This document shows, in pieces, positions 26,699 through 38,504 of a stretch of DNA of 64,000 nucleotides; positions within the stretch are counted from its first letter, which is position 1; every line of letters begins with the position of its first letter. Both the position numbers and the translations under genes were made by a program. The notes beneath the pieces are model-generated. The model did no database searches and was not told the DNA's origin. It was given only the letters and a program-made list of their open reading frames with translations. The stretch comes from Polymyxa betae A26-41 (taxonomy: Eukaryota > Protista > Endomyxa: Phytomyxea), in NCBI GenBank assembly GCA_003693705.1, contig RBZT01000578.1, positions 1 to 64,000 on the forward strand, written 5' to 3'.

Positions 26699-27165
26699 CT
26701 CTGATTAGTTTTCCCACTAAATGTCCAATTTTCACTCAGAAGTAATCCATCGCGATGATAGCTGGTCGATTAGTATTGGTGCTCAACGCTTTCCAATTCA
26801 TGCGGATGTCGTTTACAGTTGATCTCGGCGATTCCCAACAGACGTTCCGGTTGCACGACAGTCACAAGAAGTTGTGGGTCGGGTGTCCGATTATATTGCG
26901 GTCTCCTGCTTGCCGTTGATTCGATCATTTGCAATATCGCTGATTTTGAAGGTTAGCTAAACCGAACCAAAACTGGAAGTATGGGCGAGGGTGAAGGCAT
27001 TCAAAGGTAAGCAGCTCAGCTATGTGCCCAAAGCGGAATCTCGGGCTCAGTTAAACTATTAGAATCAGTATAAATCCGGCATGTGAAGGAAGTCGCTGTT
27101 GGCAAAGCGATTCAGATACGGAAGGATTTAGGCCCTGGGCAAAACGAGCGAAAGTATCCCCAAAA

Positions 27166-29026
27166 ATGAAATCTGACTGCTCTCAACCTTCTCCTAACCC
27201 CATTCGACGTCGCGAACACGAAGAATCAGAAGGGCGTTACAACACTTTCAGATGGATAGCTGGTGAACAAGGCGAGTCCCATGTTGGGACTGAGCCCAAG
27301 CGTGTTTCGCAATCTGCCATGGTGATTTACCAGCCTTACAAAGCAATCACGTTAACTGAAAGAGATATAGGGCGAGAGGTTGTATTGTGCTCAAGCTCAT
27401 CCATCAGAGCGCTTATCGCAGGAGCCAGTACGGATTCCCGAAGCTATCCGCGCCTATTTAAGTGGCTACTACTACCCATCGCAACGGGTCGGATATCAGA
27501 GCGAATTAGCTGTGTATGCTCCCGATGCGATCCAGCATTGCATGCCATATGGTCTTTCGAACCCAGCACGGGGACAATACCCTCATGCCCGTTTCGGTAG
27601 TGCTCATTCTGATGCTGTGAGCTGGCCGGTTGAATCCGGCGAAACATCATTGCAATATTGGGCAGAGGAATTGCCGTTTGGATTTGCAGTTTCCTCTCCT
27701 GCTCAAGGGCAAGGAGTCGGCTCCATTCAAATGCACGAATCTTGCGGTGAAGCCAACGCTCATTCTTCTCTGGCCCAGAGTTCTGTCACAAGTGAGTTAC
27801 GCTCCAGCGACGACGACCAAGGATCCGCACCGTGCGTATCTGAATGGCCACTTGACACGAAACTTTTCCACAGCAAAAATGACGCAGACCAATTAAATCA
27901 AATACTGCAGACGATTGAACGGAGCCAAGATGCTGACAGTAATTGCTGCTCGAACGAAACGCAACTGGGCGAAGAAGACCGACATGATTTGACAAACGAT
28001 ATCCGATCGCTTCTAGCAGATATGGCAATCACCGCCTCCATCAAAAACCTATTAATTGCAGTTGGCGGTATGCTTCAGCTCGAGTCGGGGCTCAGAATCC
28101 ATGTAACGCCCAGCTTTCTGATTCAACTAGCTGATCACAACCCTGACTTATTCGGCATGGATCAGAATTTGTTATATTTCGACACTTCCCTCAGTCCAGT
28201 TCTCCCCAATCACAACGACCAAGAAATCCCCGATAATTGCGGTACTGATTCGCTTACCATTGACAATGAGCCCCAAGGAAGGGCACTGCACCAAAATGAT
28301 TCCCCAACAGATACAGGCCAACACAGAAAATCGAGATCCCCTTCACCTACTTCGACCCAGAATAACGCATTCTTGCCTGAATTGGCAGATTCTATCCCAT
28401 GTCCGCAATCTAAATGTCCCCTTTCGGAGTCGGCTGAGCAGGGCTCCCCGCCATCGAAATCCCACAACCTCCCAGACGCAAGGCCGGGAGCTCCTGCAGG
28501 GGTTGTGATGACATCATCCACGGACTCAGAGCACACAATGGCATCGCCTATCATTGATGATGGTTCAGATTCCGACAACGAACCAATAATCAACAGCAAG
28601 GCGGAGCGGCGCTCGCGTAATCGCGAGCCAAACTTTTCTAACAGTCAATCATCGAACAGCAATGACATCCAACCCATCTCAATGAACAGCAATGGCAGCG
28701 ATCCCGTCCCACCGAATAGCAATGACAGCGAACATATTTGCTCGACTTGCGGTAAGCAATTCGGACGGCGGTTTGGCCTGCAAATGCATTATCGGACGCA
28801 CTCCGGCGAGAGACCTTACGAATGCCAGGTTTGTCAAAAACGCTTCGCTCATCGATCACATCTTACTCGCCATCGTCGAACCCACACCGGCGAGAGAAAC
28901 CATGTTTGCTATATCTGCGACAAGAGATTCACAGAAAATGGTAGCGTCATCCGACACATTCGACGACGACACCCAGATGTTGATCCAGATAGCGTTCGTC
29001 TGCGAACCAGACGACGAAAAAGTTAA
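27166..29026 (+). CDS. C2H2 zinc-finger transcription factor (3 C-terminal fingers)
   Basis: CSTC..HYRTH-SGERPY-CQVC..HRRTH-TGERNH-CYIC..HIRRRH. A 49-nt intron (27322-27370) joins ORF 27166 to ORF 27380 in frame. Confidence 0.92.
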
Positions 29027-29216
29027 ATAATAACAACTGGGATGTAACTTATTAATTTTTATATGGTGGTGAATTGAACAGTTAAACAGTCGGAAGTTAA
29101 TCGAGGCGATGGCTAGGAATCGCGCTCTTCTCGTTGACTTAATAGCAATTCATATGGCAACGGCCTGACGTGATTCGACAGAGCAATCTGGAGTCGCCGC
29201 GGTAGGTCATCCAGGT

Positions 29217-31492
29217 TCAACCCCAAATCGAAGCACAACGTTCGTAGTAGTGGCCAATTCTCGATAGTGTTCCAGTCGGGCGTGATGTCAACACGAGCTC
29301 TTCGGATCGGATCTTGGCAAGCAGCGACTTGAGTGCAAGATTAGGATAGACGTTAGTTAAGTCGAGTGGTAAGCCTATGCGATGACGAGAAAGTCAATGT
29401 TCGATCAGCAAGCGTCACTTGTGCCCAGGAGCGTACCAGTTAGGGGAGAGAAAGTTCGGCACGATTGACGTAAGATCTCCAATGACGCACGATCATAAGT
29501 GACGCCATCGGAAGCAACTACAGGATCCCGCATGATATCGCCGGAGATGGGGCAGAAGAACTCTTCGGGCAACGACGGGAACCAATGCGGCGTCGACATC
29601 CCCGTCTGCCAAAGCGTCGACGCTGAATCATCGCGCCAATTGCGCCCGGAATGCACTGGGACAGATGCAGGACGCGGAGGCACCGATTGGGATGTCGACG
29701 ACCAAATTCTGAACACATTGTTCATAAAGAGGATAGAGGACGCGGGAGCCCATTCTTACGTGTGTTGCGGTACCGGAGCGAACAGGCTCGCTGAGGCAGG
29801 AGGCACCGGCGATGGGGTGCGTGATGGCGAGCAATCTGGCGTCGTCCACAAGCCCATGGCACGTCCGTAGGTTGGCAATAGCATAACGTGAGGGTTATGT
29901 GGATGATCCGACGCCAAGGCGAAGATGTCTTCGTGACGCCGCAAGAGTTTCTTAAGGCCACCATACCGGGCTTTAAGCATGGCGGGCAATGCATGATTGT
30001 TGGTGGCGCTGTGCATCAGCGACCCCATCTTACCGACAGTCACGACACTCTCGTTCTCCTGCAGAATCGTGACCATCAGCTGGACCAGATCGCGCTCGTT
30101 GATATCGGGCATATCGAACTCGCCCGCCTGCAAAATCCGTTTCGTCATCTGGCTCAGGTCAGCGTCGAAAACCGATCCGGCGTCAGCCGGGACGGAGATC
30201 ATGGCGATTCGAGCAAGTACGCTCGGCATCAGCTTGGCAAAGAGCATATGCGGATCGCGATTCAAATCCCAGGCGGCGATGGTGCTCAGCGCACGTTTCG
30301 CAGTCTCCGTCAGCCGCTCTTTGACAAAGGCGGCGTTCATGCGAGACAGGCCCGCGCCAAGGTTCTGCACGGGATTACGAGGATCGATCACGTTGAATGC
30401 CCAATCGGTGAAGGTATCGTCCGAGGGATTGGCGGTGGCCGGATCGACGGCGTATCGCGATAGCAACGCCTTGCTGATGAGCGGCTTGGCGTTTGAGGGC
30501 CACGAACACGGCTCACCGACAACACTCTCGTAAAGCGGCAACGATGACAGATGAATAGGGCCGAATAAGCCAAACACATGCTGGTTCCAATCAAACTTCG
30601 CCAGGTACTGAAACAACAGCAGCAGGGTGTCAAACGGCGTCGTAATACGTCGATGGAAGGCGTTGAAAATGAAGAGGACCATGGTGCGGATCACATAAGA
30701 TGACAGGAGCCCATTGGTGGCATCCAGGACTTTGGCGTCGTACTGGGCCCAGGCCTTGGTCAGAATAATGGAACGCTTGAAGAGATGGCTCTGATCGAGG
30801 AGTCGATCGACCTCCTCGAATAGGGCACAGGACGCCAGAACATGGGAGGCATTGGCGCTGACGTCAACGGTAATGTCGCGAACCACAACCCGGATCATCT
30901 TGCCGCCATCAGGGGCCGCAACAAGCTCAGCGCTGCGGATGGGAAGAGGAACGTCGGAGTCGTCACGAGTCAGCAGTTTCAGGGCGCGCTGGCCCCAGGC
31001 CTTGTAGTTATTGTGGGTGAAAAACGCGCACAGGTTCACGTTGGAATCGGGCAGGTACGTCTTCAGGGCGAACGATCCGTGCGGGAAGACTTTCGCACCC
31101 AACGACTTCTTGATGACTGCCTCGACCTGGGCCAGTACCTCCGTGCGTTTGGCCTCTGCAGCAGAATTCGGTTGCAGAGCGCGGAGTATGTCGTTGAGCT
31201 GAGCGTTGACCTCGGTGTCCATTGAACATCGCTGATGCTGATCTGATAGAAACAGCTCAGTCTGTGGAAGTTTTGGGGACGGGGCTCGTGATCGAAACGG
31301 AAGCGGCGGCGACGCTTTCAATTCGCCCAATGTAGAAAGACCCTGACAGGAGACACTGCGACCGAACTTGAAGATGGGCGACGATAGGCCCGGGTCGTCC
31401 TGGGCGGCAGGGCGGCCACCAGCATTGCCGCTTCCCAGCGGACGGAATTCCGGTGCCGACAGCTGCAAATCGGAGAACAACGACGCCGACAT
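29217..31492 (-). CDS. PAM2 motif + non-canonical poly(A)-polymerase-like nucleotidyltransferase fold (catalytic DxD replaced by NxN) + PAP/OAS-type substrate domain + LOTUS/OST-HTH + U-box; 3 exons
   Basis: SDLQLSAPEFRP (PAM2). FPHGSFALKTYLPDSNVNL vs family consensus FGSVPLKTYLPDGDIDL. HLFKRSIILTKAW..GLLSSY; NVIDPRNPVQNLG. VTVGKMGSLM..LKARYGGLKKLL (OST-HTH-like). PEEFFCPISGDIMRDPVVASDGVTYDR..SPLTG|LPLDLTNVYPNLALKSLL (U-box). Intron 29759-29709 links the two ORFs in frame. Confidence 0.85.
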
Positions 31493-31648
31493 GGGCGAAC
31501 GGCGCCCCAAACAAATGACACGAAGCCGAACCAAATGCCTAAGCGACAGAGAGCGAGGAGATGAGTTCGGGGAAACCTCGAGCGGTCCGTCACGGATTTC
31601 ATTACATGACTGGATGGAAGAGAACCCGCACTTGACTGAGACCTATTA

Positions 31649-32589
31649 TTAGACCCAATGCAGTCGATATCTATTCTATTACTCTCAATTATCACTTGAT
31701 ATCCGTTCATACACACACCTTACCTCGAGCAAGGGGTAGTACACACACTAACCATACATCCGCCAGTGCTCGTCCATAGCATCAGCCTGCCCGCGTCTTG
31801 CCTTACAATCCGCTGAAATTCTCGGCCTTTGACAAGTACCAGATACGTTCCGATCTCAACTGCGTTCAGTATGGCAAGGTTTGAAAGCACAGCGACAATC
31901 GACAGGGTGTGATAGTAAGCAAGAGCGAGATCAAATTTGTTTTGAAACGTATGTGAAGAGAGTATAAAGAGAACGTAGATCCGCGATGCAAGCAATTCGT
32001 CAATACATTAGTCTAGACATCATGGCGTCTGACAATATAAATTCAAGAGCTACTCCTATATGATAGCAATGCACTTGTACCAGCGACTTCTGGTGATGGT
32101 AGTGGGCTTGGTAAGTCTGATCTTAATCGAGATTGGTAAAACCGCTACGCTCACCATCAAAGACCACTTGCCGGGCATGGATCGTCTTTCGGAATCGTTC
32201 CGAAATTATATGATTCTTGGCTTCGATAGCAACATTTGGAATAGGCATGTAATGGATTCTAACCTATTAATTGAGCACAGATATGAGCTTTACAGAAGGC
32301 AGATACTTACCCGAAAAAGCTGCCAAGCATCCATCGGCATAACGAGACACCCATCATTACACCAATCTGTCGGGCGACGACTAGCCATAGATTCGTCAGC
32401 CAAAAACCAAACCAGTAAGCGAAGCGGCTTACAAGGCGTCGTTACACGAAGCGTCTGCTTCAACTCCTCAAGCTGCTCTTCGTACATCTGCTGCTCGAAC
32501 GCCTCCCACTCCTCATCGGTCATGTCATCCCACTTAGCTCGATCCCGGACGGCACCGGTCTGCCCCGGGGCCGATGTCGTCGTCGACAT
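31649..32589 (-). CDS. Multi-exon hypothetical protein lying between the two LOTUS genes
   Basis: ATG 32589 gives MSTTTSAPGQ...acidic helix...WQLFR| with a GTAAGT donor. Further exon-like segments include ORF 31720-31995, ending in a GTAAGG donor. No family recognised. Confidence 0.45.
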
Positions 32590-33023
32590 TAAACTCCGAT
32601 AACAACTATGAACGGCACAGCGATGATACTGATAAATCACTGCAAGTTTTATACCCAGTAATTACATCTTATCGGGAGTGAAGAGATACTTTCTCTAATA
32701 ACGACTCAACATTTCAAAAGAAATTACAAAGCGATTTTGATGACTTCATGTTGAACCAGACTCCGAACAAAACATTTTTTTTCTTTCTAGTGTAACATTA
32801 CATAGGAGGATCTCAGCACAGGCCATAACAAGTCAGAGATATCAGAGCAGAGAACTCTTAAAATAGAAATCCAGAAAACCCTAACCGGAAGTGGTGCAGG
32901 CCGCGCAACGTATTCGTCTGACATGAGCACGGTCGCGCAACTTTTCCGGGTCATCTCGTAGAGGTGTTTGTTAATGGGGGGCTCCCATAACATTATCGTC
33001 GTGTGTCGGCACACATCATCACC

Positions 33024-36000
33024 ATGCTCTGCATTTCGGAAGATGACTACAGTGATTCCGAGCATGTGCACACGGGAAAGTTCGCAGCGCCCCGTCCTCA
33101 TATCCAGGCTGACCTTTATCGCCTGGGTCGCGAGATTCAGCGCTTTCTGATGGAGGAACCCGGATATTCGCTGAATCTTTGCAAACTTCGGGAGAAATAC
33201 GAATCATTCTATGGAAAGCCTCTTGGTATGTTTTCAGTTAGCAATTGGTTCAAATGGCCGTAGCTAACCGAGTCGTAGATAAACTCGGCTATTCGAAACT
33301 GGTTGATTGTGTGTATGCCTTGCCTGATCCAATTACTACCCGAGTAAGAATTTCCATCCATTGTTCTGTCTTCGTGCTTATCTTCTAACAAAGAACGTTC
33401 GTCCGAATGGCGTCGCGTTACTGTTAATGCGTCCGATGCGCGATTCATGTAAAGCTTTTCAGCGAGATCAATGCCCAAGAGAGCCCGATGAGTGTGATTG
33501 CGAGCATGAGTGTGACCTTTGTGGTTACCCAACACATGGAGCATCTCAATGTGTTGATGAAGGTGCGCCTGATACCAAACCAGTCCAATCCTACACACAT
33601 TGCTGTCTGCGTTCCAAGTGTGTCGGTGACATTCACAATCCAGACATTTATGTTCCAGATGCTGACGATCTTATCCTCGCTGACCTTTCTGTCAACTCGA
33701 ACAGAATCTCAGTTGAGGAGATGCTTAAAGTGCAAGACAGATATCAAACACCGCCAACCTTTACCAATCCTGATCTGGAATGCGTCAACGGTCGCCCGAA
33801 CTTGAGACCAACGCCCCGTGGGCCAGCGCCTCGTAGACCGCGTGTCAATCCGCCCTTGGATGAAAAGCAGCTGAAAATTCGCGCTTTCTATGCTCACTTT
33901 ATCGCCTGGGTGAAGAATCGATATCGCGAATTCCAAGACTGGCCAAGAGACCGCGAAGACTTTTCTTTTGAATGGGAGTCGTACCTGTCTGGAAACCGTG
34001 AGATGCGTCAGACAGTTGTCGCTTTGATTGATTTCTCTCCATCCGCTGCTCTCGTGTACTTATCGGCTGAGATTCACGTTGTCGCCATTGTGAATTTGAC
34101 CGAGCTTGTCTGGAACGCAAGCGCCATTGCAGAATTGCTGGAAATCACTGGTGCCGCCCCACCTCCCTCACGTCGATGGAGTCAGTCGTCGAGCCATTGG
34201 GGTGGTGAAGAACCTCCTGCTGCCAGAGCCCGTAATCCGGCGCCTCGTCCATGGTCGGATCAAGTCGCTGCGCCAGCTGCTTCGGAGCTGCTACCTGGTC
34301 AACAAGCGCCTGTCGCCGAGCAGAAAGTTGTGTTCACGGTTTCAAAAAGCAACAATATCCAGGACCCTCCGGCGTCATCCAAAGTTTGGCGTCCTGACTC
34401 GCCTGAACGATACACGTCTAAGATCCCGATTCCGGCTTCCAATCGCTTCATGGACGATGACGAAGATGATGAGGACAATCAACAGTCCCGCGCTTGGTCT
34501 ACCAGCTGGCGACCAAAAGCTAGCGATTACGGTAACGACAACCAGTGGGATAACAATACTAACGGTCATTACTCAAACGGGACCGGGTATGCCGCTAACG
34601 GCAATCCCGTTACCATTAACGAGGACGAGGATGAAGAAGGCGCTATCAACGAGAATGAAGAGGAGGTTGATTTCAATGAAGAGGATGAACTTATTGCTGA
34701 AGATGACGATGCTATTGTGGATTCGTCTTACGAAATTCAGCACGAATACTACGAAGAAGTTGTCCAGTCAACTCATCAACCGATTCTACACGATGCCACC
34801 AGCCACATGGACAGTATTGCCAATGCCTATGCTTCCGATTCAGCATCTGATGACGAGCTTCCTACCGACAATCAGTTCAAACCACAAACGACTGTACCAA
34901 TGCCTGTTCCGAGTTCTCCGGTCAAGGAGCCGGTTCAAGAGCCACCTCTTTGGAATGAGGCGCGAATTCAGGCCAACGGCGTGAAATCGTCATTCTCGGC
35001 TCTTTTTGGAGATTCTGCTCCGAGTCAACAGCTTCTACCTGAACAGCCGTTCGTCGCCCAACTCGAATTCGGTAAGTTATTTTCGTTTGCTGTTCAAAGC
35101 TGTATTTGTATCTAATTACTCTGCAGAAGAGCCTGATCTGCGTCATGTTGAGGACACACCAACAATTCCCTCTTCTAATATCCAACAGTCCAGCTCCGAC
35201 CAGTGGGGATCGGTTGCTGATGCGCAACCGAATGACGTCACGAAGCCACAGTCAGACATGAAATCAAGTCCGGATTCGACTCCGGTGCTTTCCGCTGCCG
35301 CTACGGAATTCGTCATTTCCAATGCAGAACCCGCCTCTTCAGAATCTAAGCCGAAATTATCGTCATCGGCTCCAGAGTTCATTCTGTCTTCTACTTCGAA
35401 GCCCAGACTATCCCCGTTTGCTTCAGAATTTGTCACGCCAGAATCAGCTGCTGTTGATGAAGAGCCGATCGTCGAATCTGATTCAGGAGCCGAAGATGAT
35501 GGCGATAATCAGCCTCCGTCAATCACTATTGACAACAAGATCGTAGTTGGAGAAGGAATTGGACAAAACTATCGACGTATGAACGATATTGTCTCTCGTG
35601 CTTCTGACTTCGCTTTCCGAGCTGACGTTTCTTCATCTGAAGTGGTTGCTGACTTGAAACGTCTCGGGTTAGCCTCAGGAACTGCACCCAACATGAACTG
35701 GAATACAGACCGTGTCAAAGAAATCGAGTCATCTTTGGACGCCCGCACACCTTGTTTTGAGCAGTCGTCTTCTCAGCAAGTCGTCTCGGATCAGAATGAG
35801 GAATTCCTGAAGAGCCTGTTGTACCAGGCGATTCTTGGAACCAAACCAGCATCCAATGAAGAAATCGATCTTTTCATTCATGAGTGCCTACGTCTGCAAC
35901 ATGCAGGCGTTGATGCAGTTCTTGGTGGTATGAGAAGTCTCTGGGTCGTTTCTCGAACTTCTTCTGCTTCTGGGTCTGGGCTTTTCCAGGCACCATCCAT

Positions 36001-36317
36001 TCGACCTGTCATTGCCAACGAGGCACACTCCTCTAGACCATCAGGTCGGTAGTTTCTTTTGTGTATCTGTTGAGCTCATTTAACATTTTTCAAAAGGACT
36101 CCGTTCTTCCAAAGGTACATCTCGTCTTGCTCCGTCGAACATGAGAAAATTCCTTCAAGAAGCGGGCCTAGAGCAATGGTTAGGAGTTTTTGAAGATCAA
36201 GAGATTGGTTTTGATCTGCTCCCTGAATTGACTGATGGAGACCTCGTCGACCTCGGCATGACCAATCTCCGTGAAAGACAAAGATTTCACGATACTGTCC
36301 GAATTCTGAAATATTAA
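33024..36317 (+). CDS. LOTUS/OST-HTH + CCCH finger + CCHC knuckle + acidic disordered region + three PAM2-like motifs + C-terminal SAM domain; 5 exons
   Basis: LGREIQRFLMEEPGYSLNLCKLREKYESFYGKPL|DKLGYSKLVDCV (LOTUS). C-x7-C-x6-C-x3-H followed by CDLCGYPTHGASQC (C-x2-C-x4-H-x4-C). VLSAAATEFV, KLSSSAPEFI, RLSPFASEFVTP. MRKFLQEAGLEQWLGVFEDQEIGFDLLPELTDGDLVDLGMTNLRERQRF (SAM, exon 36097-36317). Confidence 0.85.
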
Positions 36318-36517
36318 TTATCGCAATGTTCGATACTTTAATCCAGTTAGATCATACGTAATAAATTGTTCTACAGTTAGTTCACTTTTCTATTCCGTTA
36401 TATCCGGATCCTTATTTATACTGTTTGCACGATTCCAATCTATCACAGGCTACCAAGCTCAGATGCAGCAGCTCCTTTGTAAAAACTGTAAAACTGAATT
36501 CCATAAAAGTCACAAAA

Positions 36518-37905
36518 CTACAATAGTATTTTATATTTCTCTGCTTGTGGGACATTGTTAATAACCACTCTTCCATCAAAAGCTAGTGTCGCGTAGACCC
36601 AAGGATCTGTAGCCGACCAGCACGACCGATAGACGCTGTCTTCATGGTCTTTTACGATTTCTATGACCTTGTTCTGATTCTCAGCGGTTTCACCAATGCC
36701 AATATTGGTACTTGGAGAAGAAGCGACAGAATATGCATTCCAAAGATAGGCAGTGCAATCAGATGATGCCGTTAACAGCAACTGATCATGGTGCTGAATT
36801 CCATTAAGACGATGTCATTCAGATACAGCCGAGAGCGTACATGGTTATATTCAACATTCCAAATCCAGTGACTATGTCCAAACAGCATCAATGCAGGATA
36901 ATCGGGCCGTCGCAAATCCCAAAATCTAAGGCTGGAATCTTCACCTTTACACAGATTAGAACAACATTATGAAGTGTTCGAAAACGATGGCTCTACCTGC
37001 AGTAACAATCTGATGCGGTTTGTTGGGATTCACATCGAGATCTTTCATTGCAGCTGGATGTGCTGCCGATATCTTTAACACACCATCTGATGGATCTCTC
37101 CAGTCCCATACGAAAACTTCATTGTCAGTGGCACCAATAAATCGACTATCGTTATGCGGATCGCCTCGCCCTGTGCGAACGTTGGGCGTCTTTCCGAATA
37201 CGACCGAATCTTTCAAATTCGGCTGCGAGTTGTTGCCGTCGATTCTCCAGTAACGCAGCGAATTCGAATCAATGGTCACGATCGCATCTGGATGGAATAT
37301 GTTAACAACTCAATATCAACATCGAATAAGCAAGTGTTAACCATGGCGTGTGAAATTTGCATACGAGAATGCAGATGGCAACGGTGGAAGTTGAACAGCG
37401 TCACTGATAGATTCAGGATTGGGAATTTGAACATTATCATCGTCTAAACTTGCTCCAAAGGAGATCGTTGCTAATGAGACCGTCGCGTTAGAAACCGGTT
37501 TATTCGGTGCACTTTTCGTCACCAGAATCGACCTACTACCCGTCAGTATCAAAATTTCGACATTCAGCAGCTTGTACTGACTCTGGTTTAGACCGAAAAC
37601 TATTCAAGGCCCAGATATGAGTGCTGGATTGATGCTTAACGGGATGCTGATGGACATGCATTGTATCATCACTAAATGTATATAGCTGTATAGATTGACC
37701 AGCAGCAATAGGTGCACAAGCGAACATATGAAGGGTTGGATCTATTTCATTAACAGGCACAGCACATCTATCAACAATCGTCAAGAGAATTTGGACGGCA
37801 GACGCCTATCACCTACAAGGCTCTGGACGGTGCGTCCAGGCTGAACGTCGCTGCTCTGGTGGCGGCTGTATCGGTGACAGTCACCGACGTCCTGCCTTGT
37901 GTCAT
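36518..37905 (-). CDS. EIPR1: WD40 protein, EARP/GARP-interacting protein EIPR1 (TSSC1)
   Basis: DLDVNPNKPHQIVTAG, FWDLR..GHSHWIWNV.YN, and the diagnostic C-terminus HEDSVY..WSATDPWVYATLAFDGRVVINNVPQAEKYKILL*. Confidence 0.9.
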
Positions 37906-37951
37906 CTTGATGCTAACAACGAACTGTGACAGGATTTTATCTCCATCAACA

Positions 37952-37972
37952 AAACCCTAAACCCTAAACCCT
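37952..37972. repeat. Interstitial telomere-like repeat (AAACCCT)x3, ~50 bp upstream of the EIPR1 ATG
   Basis: aaaccctaaaccctaaaccct seen directly. Confidence 0.85.
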
Positions 37973-38139
37973 GACTCTTATTGCACGCCGCGGCTCTTGT
38001 TGTAAATGCACTATTTGGCCAGATTTATTCAAACATGTTTAATGAATGTTTGGAGTATTATGGATATGAATTCGCAATGTAATCGATGTTATCTGGATGC
38101 TGTGCGAGCTATTAGTGAGGTGATCGTCATTTACCATTC

Positions 38140-38337
38140 TCAAACCTGATTCATGTGCTGATAGCGAACTTTGACAACAGTCTGATCGATATAATCGTCT
38201 TCATGCACATCACCATCGTCGAACGAATCTCTCTCGGTTATCTCGGATCTAGTAAACCTCAGTCTTGGGTGGCTCATACAGAATCCCAACATGACGATCA
38301 GGGCCAGTATGCAGAGTTTCCATGTGCATTTCAACAT
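38140..38337 (-). CDS. Small secreted protein candidate (65 aa)
   Basis: MLKCTWKLCILALIVMLGFCMS signal-like N-terminus, then basic PRLRFTR and acidic ERDSFDDGDVHEDDYID. Confidence 0.5.
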   Translation of the reverse strand: MLKCTWKLCILALIVMLGFCMSHPRLRFTRSEITERDSFDDGDVHEDDYIDQTVVKVRYQHMNQV

Positions 38338-38504
38338 GCTGAATTGAATTATGACGAATTAATGAGAGATCATCTGGGAACCTCATAGGCAGCATTACAG
38401 ACCAACCGCAACAACTCGGCCGACCGAAACCAACTCTTTGTGGAGACCAATCAGTAAAAGTATCAAGTTGAAAATGGCCTTCTCGAGACGTTTATTGGAT
38501 ATCG

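Noticed and set aside
29888-31225. Long plus-strand ORFs antisense to the nucleotidyltransferase gene
   Set aside because: Typical antisense shadows of a GC-richer exon; no independent features.
32060-32602. 180-aa plus-strand ORF with a hydrophobic N-terminus
   Set aside because: Overlaps a minus-strand model with good splice sites and more protein-like composition. It cannot be fully excluded.
34106-34984. 292-aa alternative-frame ORF inside the LOTUS-SAM gene
   Set aside because: A shadow of the acidic low-complexity coding frame; starts at a non-ATG codon and has no motifs.
37952-37972. Telomere or chromosome end
   Set aside because: Only three units, with ordinary genes on both sides.
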